Origin: Gemmatimonadota bacterium
GTDB lineage: Bacteria > Gemmatimonadota > Gemmatimonadetes > Gemmatimonadales > GWC2-71-9
Assembly (NCBI GenBank): GCA_039589275.1
Contig: JBDHHP010000010.1
Coordinates: 15 to 64,014 of the forward strand
Reading direction: 5' to 3'
Length of the DNA: 64,000 nucleotides
Both the position numbers and the translations under genes were made by a program. Of this stretch, positions 24,439-34,062 are shown one piece after another. The notes under the pieces were generated by a model that was not told the DNA's origin, searched no databases, and saw only the letters and a program-made list of their open reading frames with translations. Position 1 is the first letter of the stretch. Each line of letters starts with the position of its first letter.

Positions 24439-25041
24439 ATGACCTCGACCGTTCTCCCAGACCTGTTCTCCTCCAGGGACGCGTCTCACCGCGCTCAGGT
24501 CCGAGAATCGCTGAACGCCGAACCGGACACACTGCTCCAGACACTAGTCGCGCACCACTCGGAGCTGGTGTTGGCCTACATTCGCAAGTTCGTGCCTGAC
24601 CCAGAAGATGCATGCGACTTGTTGCAGGACGTCTGGCTTCAGATCCTGCGCAAGAATCACACGTACGCCGGTGCCGGCTCGTTCCTGGGTTGGGCTCTCA
24701 CCATCGCCCGAAACACCTGCCTCTCCGCGTTGCGCAGCCCTGACCGGCGCTACACGCTGCAGCCTGCCGCCGACCCAGGCGACGGATCTTGGCGACAGCA
24801 CGGGTTCGAGACCCGCACTCCGGATGTCGTAGCGGATCAGCGAGCACTGCGACGCGACCTGTTCCGTGCCATTGACAACCTTGCTCCAGGGCAGCGGGCT
24901 GTCGTGATGTTGCGCTTGGTGGAAGGCAGAAGTACCCGGGAGGCAGCTACTCTTTTGGGCTGCAGTACTGGGACTGTCAAGGGATCCCTGTTTCGCGCCA
25001 AACGACAACTGCGCACCGAGTTGGCTCACTGGCGTTCTTGA
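24439..25041 (+). CDS. ECF-type RNA polymerase sigma-70 family factor
   Basis: Region 2: LVLAYIRKFVPDPEDACDLLQDVWLQILRK. Region 4: QRAVVMLRLVEGRSTREAATLLGCSTGTVKGSLFRAKRQLR. Confidence 0.85.
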   Translation: MTSTVLPDLFSSRDASHRAQVRESLNAEPDTLLQTLVAHHSELVLAYIRKFVPDPEDACDLLQDVWLQILRKNHTYAGAGSFLGWALTIARNTCLSALRSPDRRYTLQPAADPGDGSWRQHGFETRTPDVVADQRALRRDLFRAIDNLAPGQRAVVMLRLVEGRSTREAATLLGCSTGTVKGSLFRAKRQLRTELAHWRS

Positions 25042-25165
25042 ATCGGACGCACCTCTAGCAGTAGCCGAGAACACCTCTCACAGCTACTTTTTCTGACCGG
25101 CCGGGAGCGGAGCGGAGGTTCCACCCCCCCCAGTATCGGAGTTCTCACTGACAACAGCACGAGCC

Positions 25166-25753
25166 ATGACAAGAGCAAATAGCCCACGGAAGAAGGCCAG
25201 CACCGCGCGGGCAAGCGCCGCGCAAACTGGCGAGGCACCCGAAAACCTGGACAAGGTCAGAGACATCCTGTTCGGCGGCCAGATGCGCGTGGTCGACAAG
25301 CGACTTGCTGCCCTCGAGGAACGGTTCAAACGCGAAGTTGCCGGGCTCCGCAAGGAGCATGAAAAGCGATTGTCCGGCATCGAGGGCTACATGAAGAAGG
25401 AGCTCGAGTCGTTGACCGAGAAGCTGAAGGTGGAGCGATCCAAGCGCGTAGACGATCTGAAGGCTCTCTCCTCCGAACTGAAAGACGGATCAAAGGACCT
25501 CGAGAACCGCTTAGCGAAGCTGGGTGACACCACAAGCAAGGCGGACGCCGACGTGCGGTCGGCCATACTCGAGCAGGCGAAGTCGGTAACCGAACAGCTG
25601 ACACACGCCTCAGATGCTCTCTCGGACGAGTTGCAGCGTGCCGTGAACGAACTCCGCGCAGACAAGCTCGATACCGCAACCGTCATACAGTTGTTTTCCG
25701 ACATGGCGCTCCATCTAACCGAAGACCTGCAGGCTGGACCGGAGCAAGACTGA
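25166..25753 (+). CDS. Cytoplasmic coiled-coil protein (hypothetical)
   Basis: 195 aa, no TM segment, long heptad-like stretches. The N-terminal motif LDKVRDILFGGQMRVVDKRLAALEERF recurs in the next ORF (FSDLRELLLGQEKERLAELERRL). Confidence 0.6.
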   Translation: MTRANSPRKKASTARASAAQTGEAPENLDKVRDILFGGQMRVVDKRLAALEERFKREVAGLRKEHEKRLSGIEGYMKKELESLTEKLKVERSKRVDDLKALSSELKDGSKDLENRLAKLGDTTSKADADVRSAILEQAKSVTEQLTHASDALSDELQRAVNELRADKLDTATVIQLFSDMALHLTEDLQAGPEQD

Positions 25754-25755
25754 CG

Positions 25756-27495
25756 GTGCCGGAGGAAGGGCAATCGCAGGAGTTCTCCGATCTACGAGAG
25801 CTGCTGCTCGGACAGGAGAAAGAACGCCTCGCGGAACTGGAACGCCGTCTCGACGAGTTAGAACTATCGCCCGAAGAACTGGCGGACTACCTGCCGGAAG
25901 CCGTTGCCCTGCGAGCCGCCCGTGATAAGCAGCTTGCGCGGTCTCTAGCACCTACCCTCGAGGACGCCTTCAGCGAATCGGTCGAACGCAACCCACGACT
26001 GATTGCCCACACGATCTTCCCCATCATAGGCCCTGCAATACGCAAGTCCATAGCAGAGACTATGGCCGGACTGGTGGAAACACTGAACCACGCCATCGAG
26101 AGCAGCCTGTCGTGGCAAGGCTTGAAATGGCGGGTCGAGGCTCTGCGCACCGGTGTCCCCTACGCCCAAGTCGTGATCAAGCATGCGCTTGTGTATCGCG
26201 TCGAACAGGTGTTCCTCATCCACCGTGAGACGGGTCTACTGTTAGCCAACGCCGCAGCAGCAGATCTCGACACACAAGACGCTGATCTCATTTCCGGGAT
26301 GATGACCGCCATACGCGACTTCGTGCAGGATTCATTCGGCTCGGCAGCAGACGGTGACGGCGGCCTACGCACGTTCAGCGTGGGAGAGCGCACCGTGTTG
26401 GTCGAACAGGGGCCCAGAGCACTACTTGCCGTGGTCGTGAGTGGCCAGCACCCTCCGTCCCTAGTCGAACGCATACAGGCGACCTTAGAAACGATACATC
26501 TGCGTTTCAGCTCGGCCTTGACTGAGTTCGAAGGCGACGCTGCTCCATTCGAGCCGTCGCAGCCGCTGCTCGAGGAACTGCTCGAGACCGTGCTTGCTAC
26601 CGATCGACCTGGCACTCGCAGTGCCGCACCTCGCGTTGCCTGGGTCGTGATCTTGGCGCTCGTAGTACTGGTAGCCGCTCTATGGATCAGGTCGGCGCTG
26701 CGTTGGAACCGCGCCATCACCGCGCTGGAGAACGAACCGGGAGTAGTGTTGGTCGAGACGGAGCGTGGGTTGATGCGCAGTCATCTGGAAGGCTTGGTGG
26801 ATCCGCTCGCTACCGATCCGGGGTTGTTGCTGGATAGCATGAACGTCGACACGTCCCGCGTGGAAGTCCGCTGGCAGTCGTACTTGTCGTTAGACCCCGA
26901 GATGGTCGCGGCGCGAGCCCGTCAGGTATGGGACGCGCCCACGAGCGTCAACTTCCGGTTGGTCCATGATACGTTGATCGCCTCGGGAACTGCCACCTTC
27001 GATTGGATGCACGGGCTGACGTCGAGCGCAGCATTGCCCGGGGTTTCCCATATCGACATCTCGGGCGTTGCTCCCACGTTGCCACCCGAGCTGGCGACGC
27101 ACAAGCAGCGCATCGAGGACCAGAAGGTCCTCTTCGAGATCGGCTCCGCAGCACTACCGCCGGCAGCGCTGGACCTGATCTCAGATATCGCAGGTTCCTT
27201 TGGTGAGATGTTGGACATTGGCCGTGTGAGAGGTTACGACATGTCGCTCGAGGTGATCGGCCGCTCTGACACAACGGGAACCAGCGAGGTAAACCAGCTC
27301 CTGAGCCTGCAACGCGCCAACGTGGTGCGCGGATCGCTGGCAGCACGCGGCATACCCAGCGAGATGATTGCGACCGTGGGGATAGGCACGTCCGACCCAA
27401 TCCGCTCGGCTGATCCTGACAACCGGTCCGCGTTGAATCGCAGCGTGTCGTTCAGCGTTAGCGTTACATACCCGGGCGGTGGAGGAAATCAATAG
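25756..27495 (+). CDS. Membrane protein: coiled coil + Roadblock/LC7-like domain + TM + BON-like domain + OmpA-like peptidoglycan-binding domain
   Basis: GTG start 2 nt after the upstream stop. The Roadblock-like pattern VEQVFLIHRETGLLLANA...ADLISGMMTAIRDFVQDSF...LRTFSVGERTVLVEQGPRALLAVVVSG is an inference. TM segment VAWVVILALVVLVAALWI. ALENEPGVVLVETERGLMRSHLEGLV is BON-like. OmpA_C-like tail: GRSDTTGTSEVNQLLSLQRANVVRGSLAARGI...NRSALNRSVSF. Confidence 0.7.
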   Translation: MPEEGQSQEFSDLRELLLGQEKERLAELERRLDELELSPEELADYLPEAVALRAARDKQLARSLAPTLEDAFSESVERNPRLIAHTIFPIIGPAIRKSIAETMAGLVETLNHAIESSLSWQGLKWRVEALRTGVPYAQVVIKHALVYRVEQVFLIHRETGLLLANAAAADLDTQDADLISGMMTAIRDFVQDSFGSAADGDGGLRTFSVGERTVLVEQGPRALLAVVVSGQHPPSLVERIQATLETIHLRFSSALTEFEGDAAPFEPSQPLLEELLETVLATDRPGTRSAAPRVAWVVILALVVLVAALWIRSALRWNRAITALENEPGVVLVETERGLMRSHLEGLVDPLATDPGLLLDSMNVDTSRVEVRWQSYLSLDPEMVAARARQVWDAPTSVNFRLVHDTLIASGTATFDWMHGLTSSAALPGVSHIDISGVAPTLPPELATHKQRIEDQKVLFEIGSAALPPAALDLISDIAGSFGEMLDIGRVRGYDMSLEVIGRSDTTGTSEVNQLLSLQRANVVRGSLAARGIPSEMIATVGIGTSDPIRSADPDNRSALNRSVSFSVSVTYPGGGGNQ

Positions 27496-27995
27496 TGATT
27501 CAGAAGAAGATCTGCATGGTGGGCGTGTTTGGCACCGGTAAGACTAGTCTGGTGCAACAGTTCGTGCACTCCATGTTCTCCGAGAAGTACCACTCCACCG
27601 TCGGAGTCAAGATCGATCGCAAGGAAGTCGATCTCTCGGGCACGAAGGTGAACCTGTTGCTGTGGGACCTTGCGGGACGCGACGAGTTCGAGGACATCCC
27701 CACCAGCTATCTGCGCGGATCCGCCGGCATCTTCTACGTGGTCGATGGAACGCGACGGGAGACATTTGACCAGATAGCCGACCTAAGGGACCTGGTGAAC
27801 GGCGCCATAGGAGACGTGCCATCGTTGGTAGCGCTCAACAAGAAAGACCTCACCGACCAGTGGAGGCTGGGAAAGGGCGACCACAATACGCTAGTCGAAG
27901 CAGGGCTTCACACGATCGGCACCAGCGCGAAGACAGGCGAAGGCGTGGAAGAGGCATTCATTTGGCTGGCCAACGCAACGGTCAAGAGCGAGTAG
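27495..27995 (+). CDS. Ras-like small GTPase
   Basis: G1 GVFGTGKTS, switch-I T in HSTVGV, G3 WDLAGRD, G4 NKKD, G5 TSAK. The GTG start overlaps the upstream stop (TAGTG), with GGAGG 8 nt upstream. Confidence 0.8.
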   Translation: MIQKKICMVGVFGTGKTSLVQQFVHSMFSEKYHSTVGVKIDRKEVDLSGTKVNLLLWDLAGRDEFEDIPTSYLRGSAGIFYVVDGTRRETFDQIADLRDLVNGAIGDVPSLVALNKKDLTDQWRLGKGDHNTLVEAGLHTIGTSAKTGEGVEEAFIWLANATVKSE

Positions 27996-28007
27996 ACAGG
28001 CAAAGAC

Positions 28008-28850
28008 ATGATGACACAAAACAGCGGCGTTGGCGGAACGGTGGACAGCTTCGGACTCACCCACCGTGGCAAGGTGCGTGAGGTGAACGAAGATCATTTC
28101 TTCGTAGCGGCGTTGCACAAGACCTTGGACTTGCGGCACACCAGTATCGAGGAACTAGACGCCTTCGAGCACCTCAGGCGATCTGAGGATCATCTCTTCG
28201 TAGTGGCCGACGGGGTAGGGACGATCGGCGGGGGTCGCATCGCGAGTGGCACAGCGGTGCGCACACTGGTGACCTACATCGGCCGCACGATGGGCTGTTA
28301 TTACAGTTACGATGTCGAATCCGAGAACGAGTTCATCGAGCAGCTCGAGAATGCGGTAAAGCACGCACACGAGACGTTGCTCGAGGAGTTCTCGTCGAAA
28401 GGCACGGGACCGGCGACGACGTTGACCATGGCCACGTTGATGTGGCCACGAGCCTACCTGATCCACGTGGGTGACAGCCGCGCCTATCATCTGCGGCGGG
28501 GACGCATCCGCCAGATCACGCAAGATCAGACGATGGGCGAGCTCATGATCGACCAGGGGATCATGACCGAGGAACAGGTCAAGCGGTCTAGTCTCTCCAA
28601 CACCCTCTCTAGCGCAGTCGGCGCAGAAATGAAGCCAAGTGTTGGGCTGATCGACCTCAATTGGGGCGATACGCTGTTGCTTTGCAGCGATGGTCTAACC
28701 AGGCACGTACCCGACGATGCGATCGCCGAGATCCTCGCCCAAGCCGACACCGCCCAGGTGGCCTGCGAGCGCCTAGTCGACGCGGCGTTGGAAGACGGCG
28801 GCCGGGACAATATCACGGTTGTGGTCGGGAGGATGGTGGAGAACAGCTGA
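28008..28850 (+). CDS. PP2C-family Ser/Thr protein phosphatase
   Basis: GLTHRGKVREVNEDHFFV, FVVADGVGT, HVGDSRAY, LLLCSDGLT, GGRDNITVVV. Confidence 0.85.
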   Translation: MMTQNSGVGGTVDSFGLTHRGKVREVNEDHFFVAALHKTLDLRHTSIEELDAFEHLRRSEDHLFVVADGVGTIGGGRIASGTAVRTLVTYIGRTMGCYYSYDVESENEFIEQLENAVKHAHETLLEEFSSKGTGPATTLTMATLMWPRAYLIHVGDSRAYHLRRGRIRQITQDQTMGELMIDQGIMTEEQVKRSSLSNTLSSAVGAEMKPSVGLIDLNWGDTLLLCSDGLTRHVPDDAIAEILAQADTAQVACERLVDAALEDGGRDNITVVVGRMVENS

Positions 28851-28872
28851 CGGCTGACAGCTGTCAGCCGTC
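28849..28872. terminator. Perfect 24-bp palindrome between convergent genes (probable bidirectional terminator)
   Basis: GACGGCTGACAG|CTGTCAGCCGTC. Both convergent stop codons (28848-28850 and 28871-28873) lie in its arms. Confidence 0.5.
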
Positions 28873-29968
28873 AACTCCTACCCAGTCTGCGCAGCTCCTG
28901 ATCGATTATGTCGACCAGGGTCTCGTATTGAACCGCGCCACTTCGCATCGGGATCCCGTTTACGAAGCTGCCAGGGGTACCCTGCACACCGAAACTCTCA
29001 CCTTCCTGCATGTCGGCCCGAACCTGATCGGCGTAGCGGTCCGAATCGAGACAGGTGTCGAATTCGGATTCATTGAGTCCGACACGTCCGGCCTTCTCTT
29101 TCAAGTCATCCACGCCGAGTTGCCGCTGTTCCGCAAACATGGCGTCGTGCAGCTGCCAGAACCGGCCTTGTTCGTGGGCGCAGAGCGAGGCCTCCGCTGC
29201 CTTGAACGCGTCCGGGTGGATGCTGACGAGCGGCAGGTGCTTGAACACGATCCGCAGCCGACCGCCGTACTCGTCTCTCAACTCGTAGAGCGTGTTCATG
29301 AAGACGCTACAGTAGGGGCACTGGAAATCAGAGAACTCCACCAGCGTGACCGGCGCATCGTCGGGACCCAGCGAAGCGGCCCCGTCTAGACTCAGAGCCG
29401 CCCGTGCCGGTTGCAGCAGGTAGACAACGTCGTTCTGTTGTTCCAACTCAGTGACGAACGACTCGATAGCCTCCATGCGCTGCGTGTTCTCGAGCAACAG
29501 CTTGATTTCACCGGATACTTCGTCCATTGACCGCCCGCCAAGCCTGGAGCGATTGCGGCGATACCAGGCAGCCACGTCGTCGTCTGACACATCCACCTTA
29601 CCTTCGGTCAACTCCCGCATCAACGCATCGACACTCATCCCGCGTGACGCAGCCTCACCCTCGAGCAGACGTTGGGAAACGATGCCGCGCAGCGCGGCGT
29701 CCAACGCCTGATACCGTTGGTTGGCATACTGGAACTCCAGTGCCGCCAGCCTACTTCCGGCCGCCTCAGGCAGATCGGCCACCCTGATAGTGTCTTCGCC
29801 GAACACGGCCAGGATGTCTTCGCCCGCGCCGGTCTGAAGAGTCGCGCCATACGCAGCGGAGTCAGCTGTTCCGCAACCCAGCCACACAACTAGCGTCGTC
29901 ACTACTCCCAGACAGCGCGACACTCGCGCGCGTGTCGACAAGTGTTTCGAAGTCCTGGTTTCTATCAT
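28871..29968 (-). CDS. DsbA-family thioredoxin-fold lipoprotein with SurA-N-like chaperone region
   Basis: Start at ATG 29968 ([10 protein letters not shown]...VVWLGCGT lipobox). Active site [14 protein letters not shown]. Tail: [12 protein letters not shown]. Confidence 0.8.
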   Translation of the reverse strand: MIETRTSKHLSTRARVSRCLGVVTTLVVWLGCGTADSAAYGATLQTGAGEDILAVFGEDTIRVADLPEAAGSRLAALEFQYANQRYQALDAALRGIVSQRLLEGEAASRGMSVDALMRELTEGKVDVSDDDVAAWYRRNRSRLGGRSMDEVSGEIKLLLENTQRMEAIESFVTELEQQNDVVYLLQPARAALSLDGAASLGPDDAPVTLVEFSDFQCPYCSVFMNTLYELRDEYGGRLRIVFKHLPLVSIHPDAFKAAEASLCAHEQGRFWQLHDAMFAEQRQLGVDDLKEKAGRVGLNESEFDTCLDSDRYADQVRADMQEGESFGVQGTPGSFVNGIPMRSGAVQYETLVDIIDQELRRLGRS

Positions 29969-30030
29969 GAGGCTCTTCCTCGAGGTCTCTGTGTCAGTCG
30001 GCGGCCAGCTATCAGCTACCGGCACCCCGT

Positions 30031-30114
30031 TCGATGTTCGACGTTGGATGTTCGATGTTGGATGTTCGCTGTTCGCTGTTCGCTGTTCGCTGTTCAATGT
30101 TCGATGTTCGCCGT
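30031..30114. repeat. Heptanucleotide tandem repeat, (TCGATGT)n family, 12 units
   Basis: TCGATGT TCGACGT TGGATGT TCGATGT TGGATGT TCGCTGT x4 TCAATGT TCGATGT TCGCCGT. Same unit and strand as 16811-16880. Confidence 0.9.
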
Positions 30115-30155
30115 TCCCTGCTCCTCAAACGAGCCATTAACCTACCTAGGGCCAC

Positions 30156-30680
30156 TCACAGAGGGAATGTGTGTCCAGATGTGGGGTTTCCCGTTTCCCC
30201 CCTCATACGCTCGAAGAAGTCCGTTAGTAACGCCCCACACTCTTCCTCGAGCACCCCTCCCATCACCTCCGGCCGATGGTTGAGTTTGGAGTGCCGCAGC
30301 AGATCTTCGACGCTTCCTGCCATCCCCGCTTTGGGATCGTATGCTCCAAACAAGACGCGGCGCACACGCGTCAGGATTATCGCCCCTGCACACTGGGCGC
30401 ACGGCTCGAGAGTGACGTAGAGAGTGGCCCCGTCCAGCCGATCGGATGCCATCTCGCATAGCGCGCGCCGTATCGCCAACATCTCGGCATGCTGTGTCAG
30501 GTCGCACTGTCTCACGGTCTCGTTGTGCGCAGTCGCCACAATCGCGTGGTCGTGCGCGATCGCCGCGCCGACCGGGACCTCTCCCAACCGGGCCGCGATG
30601 CGCGCCTCTTCCAGCGCGGCCTCCATGCCAAACTGGTCGATCTCTGTGAGTTGTGGACGTCTAGGGCTCGACTCAGGCAT
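30156..30680 (-). CDS. tadA: tRNA adenosine(34) deaminase
   Basis: [10 protein letters not shown] ... [15 protein letters not shown] is the CDA zinc-binding motif pair. Start at ATG 30680 overlaps the clpB stop by 8 nt; ATG 30626 is an alternative. Confidence 0.85.
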   Translation of the reverse strand: MPESSPRRPQLTEIDQFGMEAALEEARIAARLGEVPVGAAIAHDHAIVATAHNETVRQCDLTQHAEMLAIRRALCEMASDRLDGATLYVTLEPCAQCAGAIILTRVRRVLFGAYDPKAGMAGSVEDLLRHSKLNHRPEVMGGVLEEECGALLTDFFERMRGETGNPTSGHTFPL

Positions 30681-33297
30681 CGACGGTCTCAATATCGGCA
30701 GCCTGCAACCGAACGAACTCGAGGTGCCGTCCGTCGGTCGAGAGCAACACGCGCACTGTGTCGCCGTCCCCAAACTCACCCTCCAGCACGGCCAAGGCTA
30801 GCGGATTGAGGATGTGGCGCTGTATCGCTCGCTTGAGAGGACGGGCACCATAGACCGGATCATACCCCTCGTGCACCAAGAACTCGCGGGCCTCCGGCGT
30901 CATGTCGAGTGACAGTTTGCGATCCTCCAGCAGCTGGTCGACTGCAGCGAGTTGCAGCTCGACGATGCCACCGAGATCCTCCAGCGACAACTGATGGAAC
31001 ACGATGACGTCGTCGACACGATTCAGGAATTCCGGCTTGAACGACTGCCGCAGCGCCTCGAGTACCCTGCGCTCGGCCTCTTGCTCTTCACCTTCGCCCA
31101 ACTCCAGAATCCACTGGCTTCCGATGTTCGAGGTCATGATGATGACGCTGTTCCGGAAGTCCACATGATGGCCCTGGCTGTCAGTCAACCGCCCGTCATC
31201 GAGGATCTGTAACAACACATTAAACACCTCGGGGTGCGCCTTCTCGATCTCGTCGAAAAGAATGACCGAGTAGGGCCTGCGGCGCACCGCCTCCGTAAGC
31301 TGGCCGCCTTCCTCGTACCCCACGTACCCCGGTGGAGCACCAATCATGCGCGCGACCGCGTGTTTCTCCATGTACTCCGACATGTCCAGCCGCACCATCG
31401 CCCGTTCATCGTCGAACAGGAACTCGGCAAGCGCGCGTGCCGTCTCGGTCTTACCCACTCCAGTCGGCCCGAGGAATATGAAGCTCCCGATGGGACGATT
31501 GGGGTCCTGCAACCCGGCGCGGGAGCGGCGCACCGCATTCGAAACTGCCTCGAGCGCCTCATCCTGACCAATCACCCGCCGGCGCAGCTCCGACTCCAGT
31601 GTCGCCAGTCGCTCCCTTTCCGACTCCAGCATCCTATTGACCGGAATACCCGTCCACCGGGATACGATCTCCGCGATGTCCTCGGATCCTACATCCTCCT
31701 TCAGGTATTTCGCGTTGGCCTGAATTTGCTCGAGCCTTTGCTTCTCGTACTCTATCTCACGCTCTAACTCAGGAACGCGACCGTAGCTGATTTCCGCTGC
31801 CTGCTGCAGGTCACCCTGCCGCGTGACCTGATCTGCCTTGAGTCGCAGTTCCTCCAATTCCGCCTTCTTTTCTCGCAACTGGTTGATGGCCGCTTTCTCC
31901 GCCTGCCATTGAGCCTTCATACTCTGTGATTGCTCGTCCAGCTCGGCGAGTTCCTTCTTGATTGCCTTGAGTCGCTCCTTGCCCACGCGGTCCTTTTCGC
32001 GCGACAGAGCCTGTTCCTCAATACGCAGCTGCACCATGCGTCGCTCGACTTCGTCGATCTCCTGCGGTAGGCTGTCGATCTCGATTCGCAACCGGCTCGC
32101 GGCCTCGTCTATGAGGTCAATCGCCTTGTCGGGCAGCTTCCGTTCACCCAGGTACCGATCCGACAGAGTGGCTGCGGCCACGATCGCGTTGTCGGTAATG
32201 CGGACTCCGTGGTGCACCTCATAGCGCTCCTGCAACCCGCGCAGGATTGCTATCGTGTCTTCCACCGACGGCTCACCAACGTAGACGGGCTGGAAGCGAC
32301 GCTCAAGAGCTTTGTCCTTCTCGACGTACTTACGGTATTCGTCCAGGGTGGTGGCTCCGACGACATGCAGCTCACCGCGCGACAACGCGGGCTTCAACAT
32401 GTTGGATGCGTCGACCGCGCCTTCGGCCGCTCCCGCGCCAACTATGGTGTGCAACTCGTCGATGAATACGACGAATTGGCCCTCCTGGCTCGTGATTTCC
32501 TTGAGCACCGCTTTGAGCCGCTCCTCAAACTCGCCGCGGTACTTCGCGCCAGCCAACAACAGTCCTATGTCGAGCACGATGATGTGCTTGCCCCTCAGGG
32601 TCTCCGGCACATCGCCATCGACCATGCGCTGCGCAAGCCCCTCCACAATGGCGGTCTTGCCCACTCCAGGGTCGCCAATCAGGACCGGGTTGTTCTTCGT
32701 GCGGCGAGACAGCACCTGCACCACCCGCCGGATCTCCTCGTCTCGCCCGATTACGGGGTCCAGCTTGCCTTGGCGGGCGAGGTCGGAGAGGTTCTTGGTG
32801 AATCGCTCTAATGCTCGATATTTGGCCTCCGGCTCAGCATCGGTAACACGATGGCTACCCCTGACCTGATCGAGAGCCTGCAGCAGGTGGTCCTTGTCGA
32901 CGTTGAGCGCGCTGAGTGCGGCCCTGGCAGTGGTCCCCTTGGTGTCGATCAAGCCGATGAGCAAGTGCTCGGTCGACACGTAGCTGTCTCCCAGCTCTTG
33001 CGCCAACGCGTCGGCTCGGTCCAGTGCACTCCCCAGCTCCCGGGCCATCGCGGGCGGCGCTCCGCCCCCTGTCTGAGACGGTAGCCGCCCGAGTTCGCGC
33101 TCCGTCTCCCTGCGCAGCTCCGTGACGTTTACGCCGGTTTTCTGCAGCACCGGCACCACTACGCCTTCTTCCTGATTCAGCAGTGAGAGGAAGAGGTGGG
33201 CATCGTTGACCACCGGGTTGCCGCGCTCGGCCGCCAATGACTGGGCTTCGCGCAGTACCTCTCCGGCTTTCACGGTCAATCGTTCAGGTCGTATCAT
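30673..33297 (-). CDS. clpB: ATP-dependent chaperone ClpB
   Basis: 874 aa. Clp N-domain, two AAA+ modules ([15 protein letters not shown]; [15 protein letters not shown]) and a long coiled-coil middle domain. Confidence 0.95.
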   Translation of the reverse strand: MIRPERLTVKAGEVLREAQSLAAERGNPVVNDAHLFLSLLNQEEGVVVPVLQKTGVNVTELRRETERELGRLPSQTGGGAPPAMARELGSALDRADALAQELGDSYVSTEHLLIGLIDTKGTTARAALSALNVDKDHLLQALDQVRGSHRVTDAEPEAKYRALERFTKNLSDLARQGKLDPVIGRDEEIRRVVQVLSRRTKNNPVLIGDPGVGKTAIVEGLAQRMVDGDVPETLRGKHIIVLDIGLLLAGAKYRGEFEERLKAVLKEITSQEGQFVVFIDELHTIVGAGAAEGAVDASNMLKPALSRGELHVVGATTLDEYRKYVEKDKALERRFQPVYVGEPSVEDTIAILRGLQERYEVHHGVRITDNAIVAAATLSDRYLGERKLPDKAIDLIDEAASRLRIEIDSLPQEIDEVERRMVQLRIEEQALSREKDRVGKERLKAIKKELAELDEQSQSMKAQWQAEKAAINQLREKKAELEELRLKADQVTRQGDLQQAAEISYGRVPELEREIEYEKQRLEQIQANAKYLKEDVGSEDIAEIVSRWTGIPVNRMLESERERLATLESELRRRVIGQDEALEAVSNAVRRSRAGLQDPNRPIGSFIFLGPTGVGKTETARALAEFLFDDERAMVRLDMSEYMEKHAVARMIGAPPGYVGYEEGGQLTEAVRRRPYSVILFDEIEKAHPEVFNVLLQILDDGRLTDSQGHHVDFRNSVIIMTSNIGSQWILELGEGEEQEAERRVLEALRQSFKPEFLNRVDDVIVFHQLSLEDLGGIVELQLAAVDQLLEDRKLSLDMTPEAREFLVHEGYDPVYGARPLKRAIQRHILNPLALAVLEGEFGDGDTVRVLLSTDGRHLEFVRLQAADIETVDA

Positions 33298-33545
33298 TCG
33301 GTCGTTCTCCGTCTATTCCCTTGCTCGGACTGGCAAGTCAGAGCGTTTTGTTACGCCTAACAATCGATGCTCACGAGTGCAACCGCCATACCCATCGATA
33401 GTGCCATTTTGACTGTTATGCTGCCAAAACGACAAACGCGCCGACTCGTTGTCGACGCGTTATGTCACTTTCGTCGTTCTTTCACTGGCCAGTCACCGAC
33501 TACATCATGCGTCCGAATCCGCCGATTCCGCGCAGCTCCGCGGCC

Positions 33546-33977
33546 CTATTTGATGATGGTCATGCGTTCGGTCAAGGACTGGCCGTCCACCAGCAGTTGG
33601 TAGACGTAGACACCGGACGGGGCCTCCCGGTCGCTATCACGGATGGTGCCGTCCCAATACGCCGAGTAGCGCCCCGTTCCATTCCACTCGAGCCGCACGT
33701 TGTCCAGAGGCTCTCCCGATCCCTGCAGAATTGGGATAGCCACGAGCTGTGCCAGCACGTTGTAGATCCGGAGACTCACCGTCGGCTGATGCCCGCCGTC
33801 GAACATGGCCTGACCCAGCTCGAACGGAATCGTGGTCTCAGGATTGAACGGATTCGGGTAGTTCCTGCCAAGCCGCACCGCGTCGGTCGGCTGATCCTGC
33901 TGTGCCTCCATCACGGACGGCGCGGCCAACAGGAGCCCGAGCGACAATACCGCCCAGGCTAGGTGCTTCATTTTCAC
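33546..33977 (-). CDS. Small secreted protein consisting of a signal peptide plus a T9SS-type (FlgD-Ig-like) C-terminal sorting domain
   Basis: MKMKHLAWAVLSLGLLLAAPSVMEA, then LGRNYPNPFNPETTIPFEL...VSLRIYNVLAQLV...APSGVYVYQLLVDGQSLTERMTIIK. Confidence 0.7.
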   Translation of the reverse strand: MKMKHLAWAVLSLGLLLAAPSVMEAQQDQPTDAVRLGRNYPNPFNPETTIPFELGQAMFDGGHQPTVSLRIYNVLAQLVAIPILQGSGEPLDNVRLEWNGTGRYSAYWDGTIRDSDREAPSGVYVYQLLVDGQSLTERMTIIK

Positions 33978-34062
33978 CCCTCTGACGACAAGTTTCCTAT
34001 CGCTTCTCCTCCGCTATAACGAGCACGTACTATCCCACCACTGTGAAAATTACGTCGCTCAA

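Noticed and set aside
29969-30097. N-terminal extension of the DsbA-like ORF ([23 protein letters not shown]...).
   Set aside because: It runs through the heptamer array. A proper lipoprotein signal peptide starts at ATG 29968.
33298-33545. CIRCE/HrcA operator or another heat-shock element upstream of clpB.
   Set aside because: Only a half-site-like TTGCACTC is present, without the inverted partner at 9-nt spacing.
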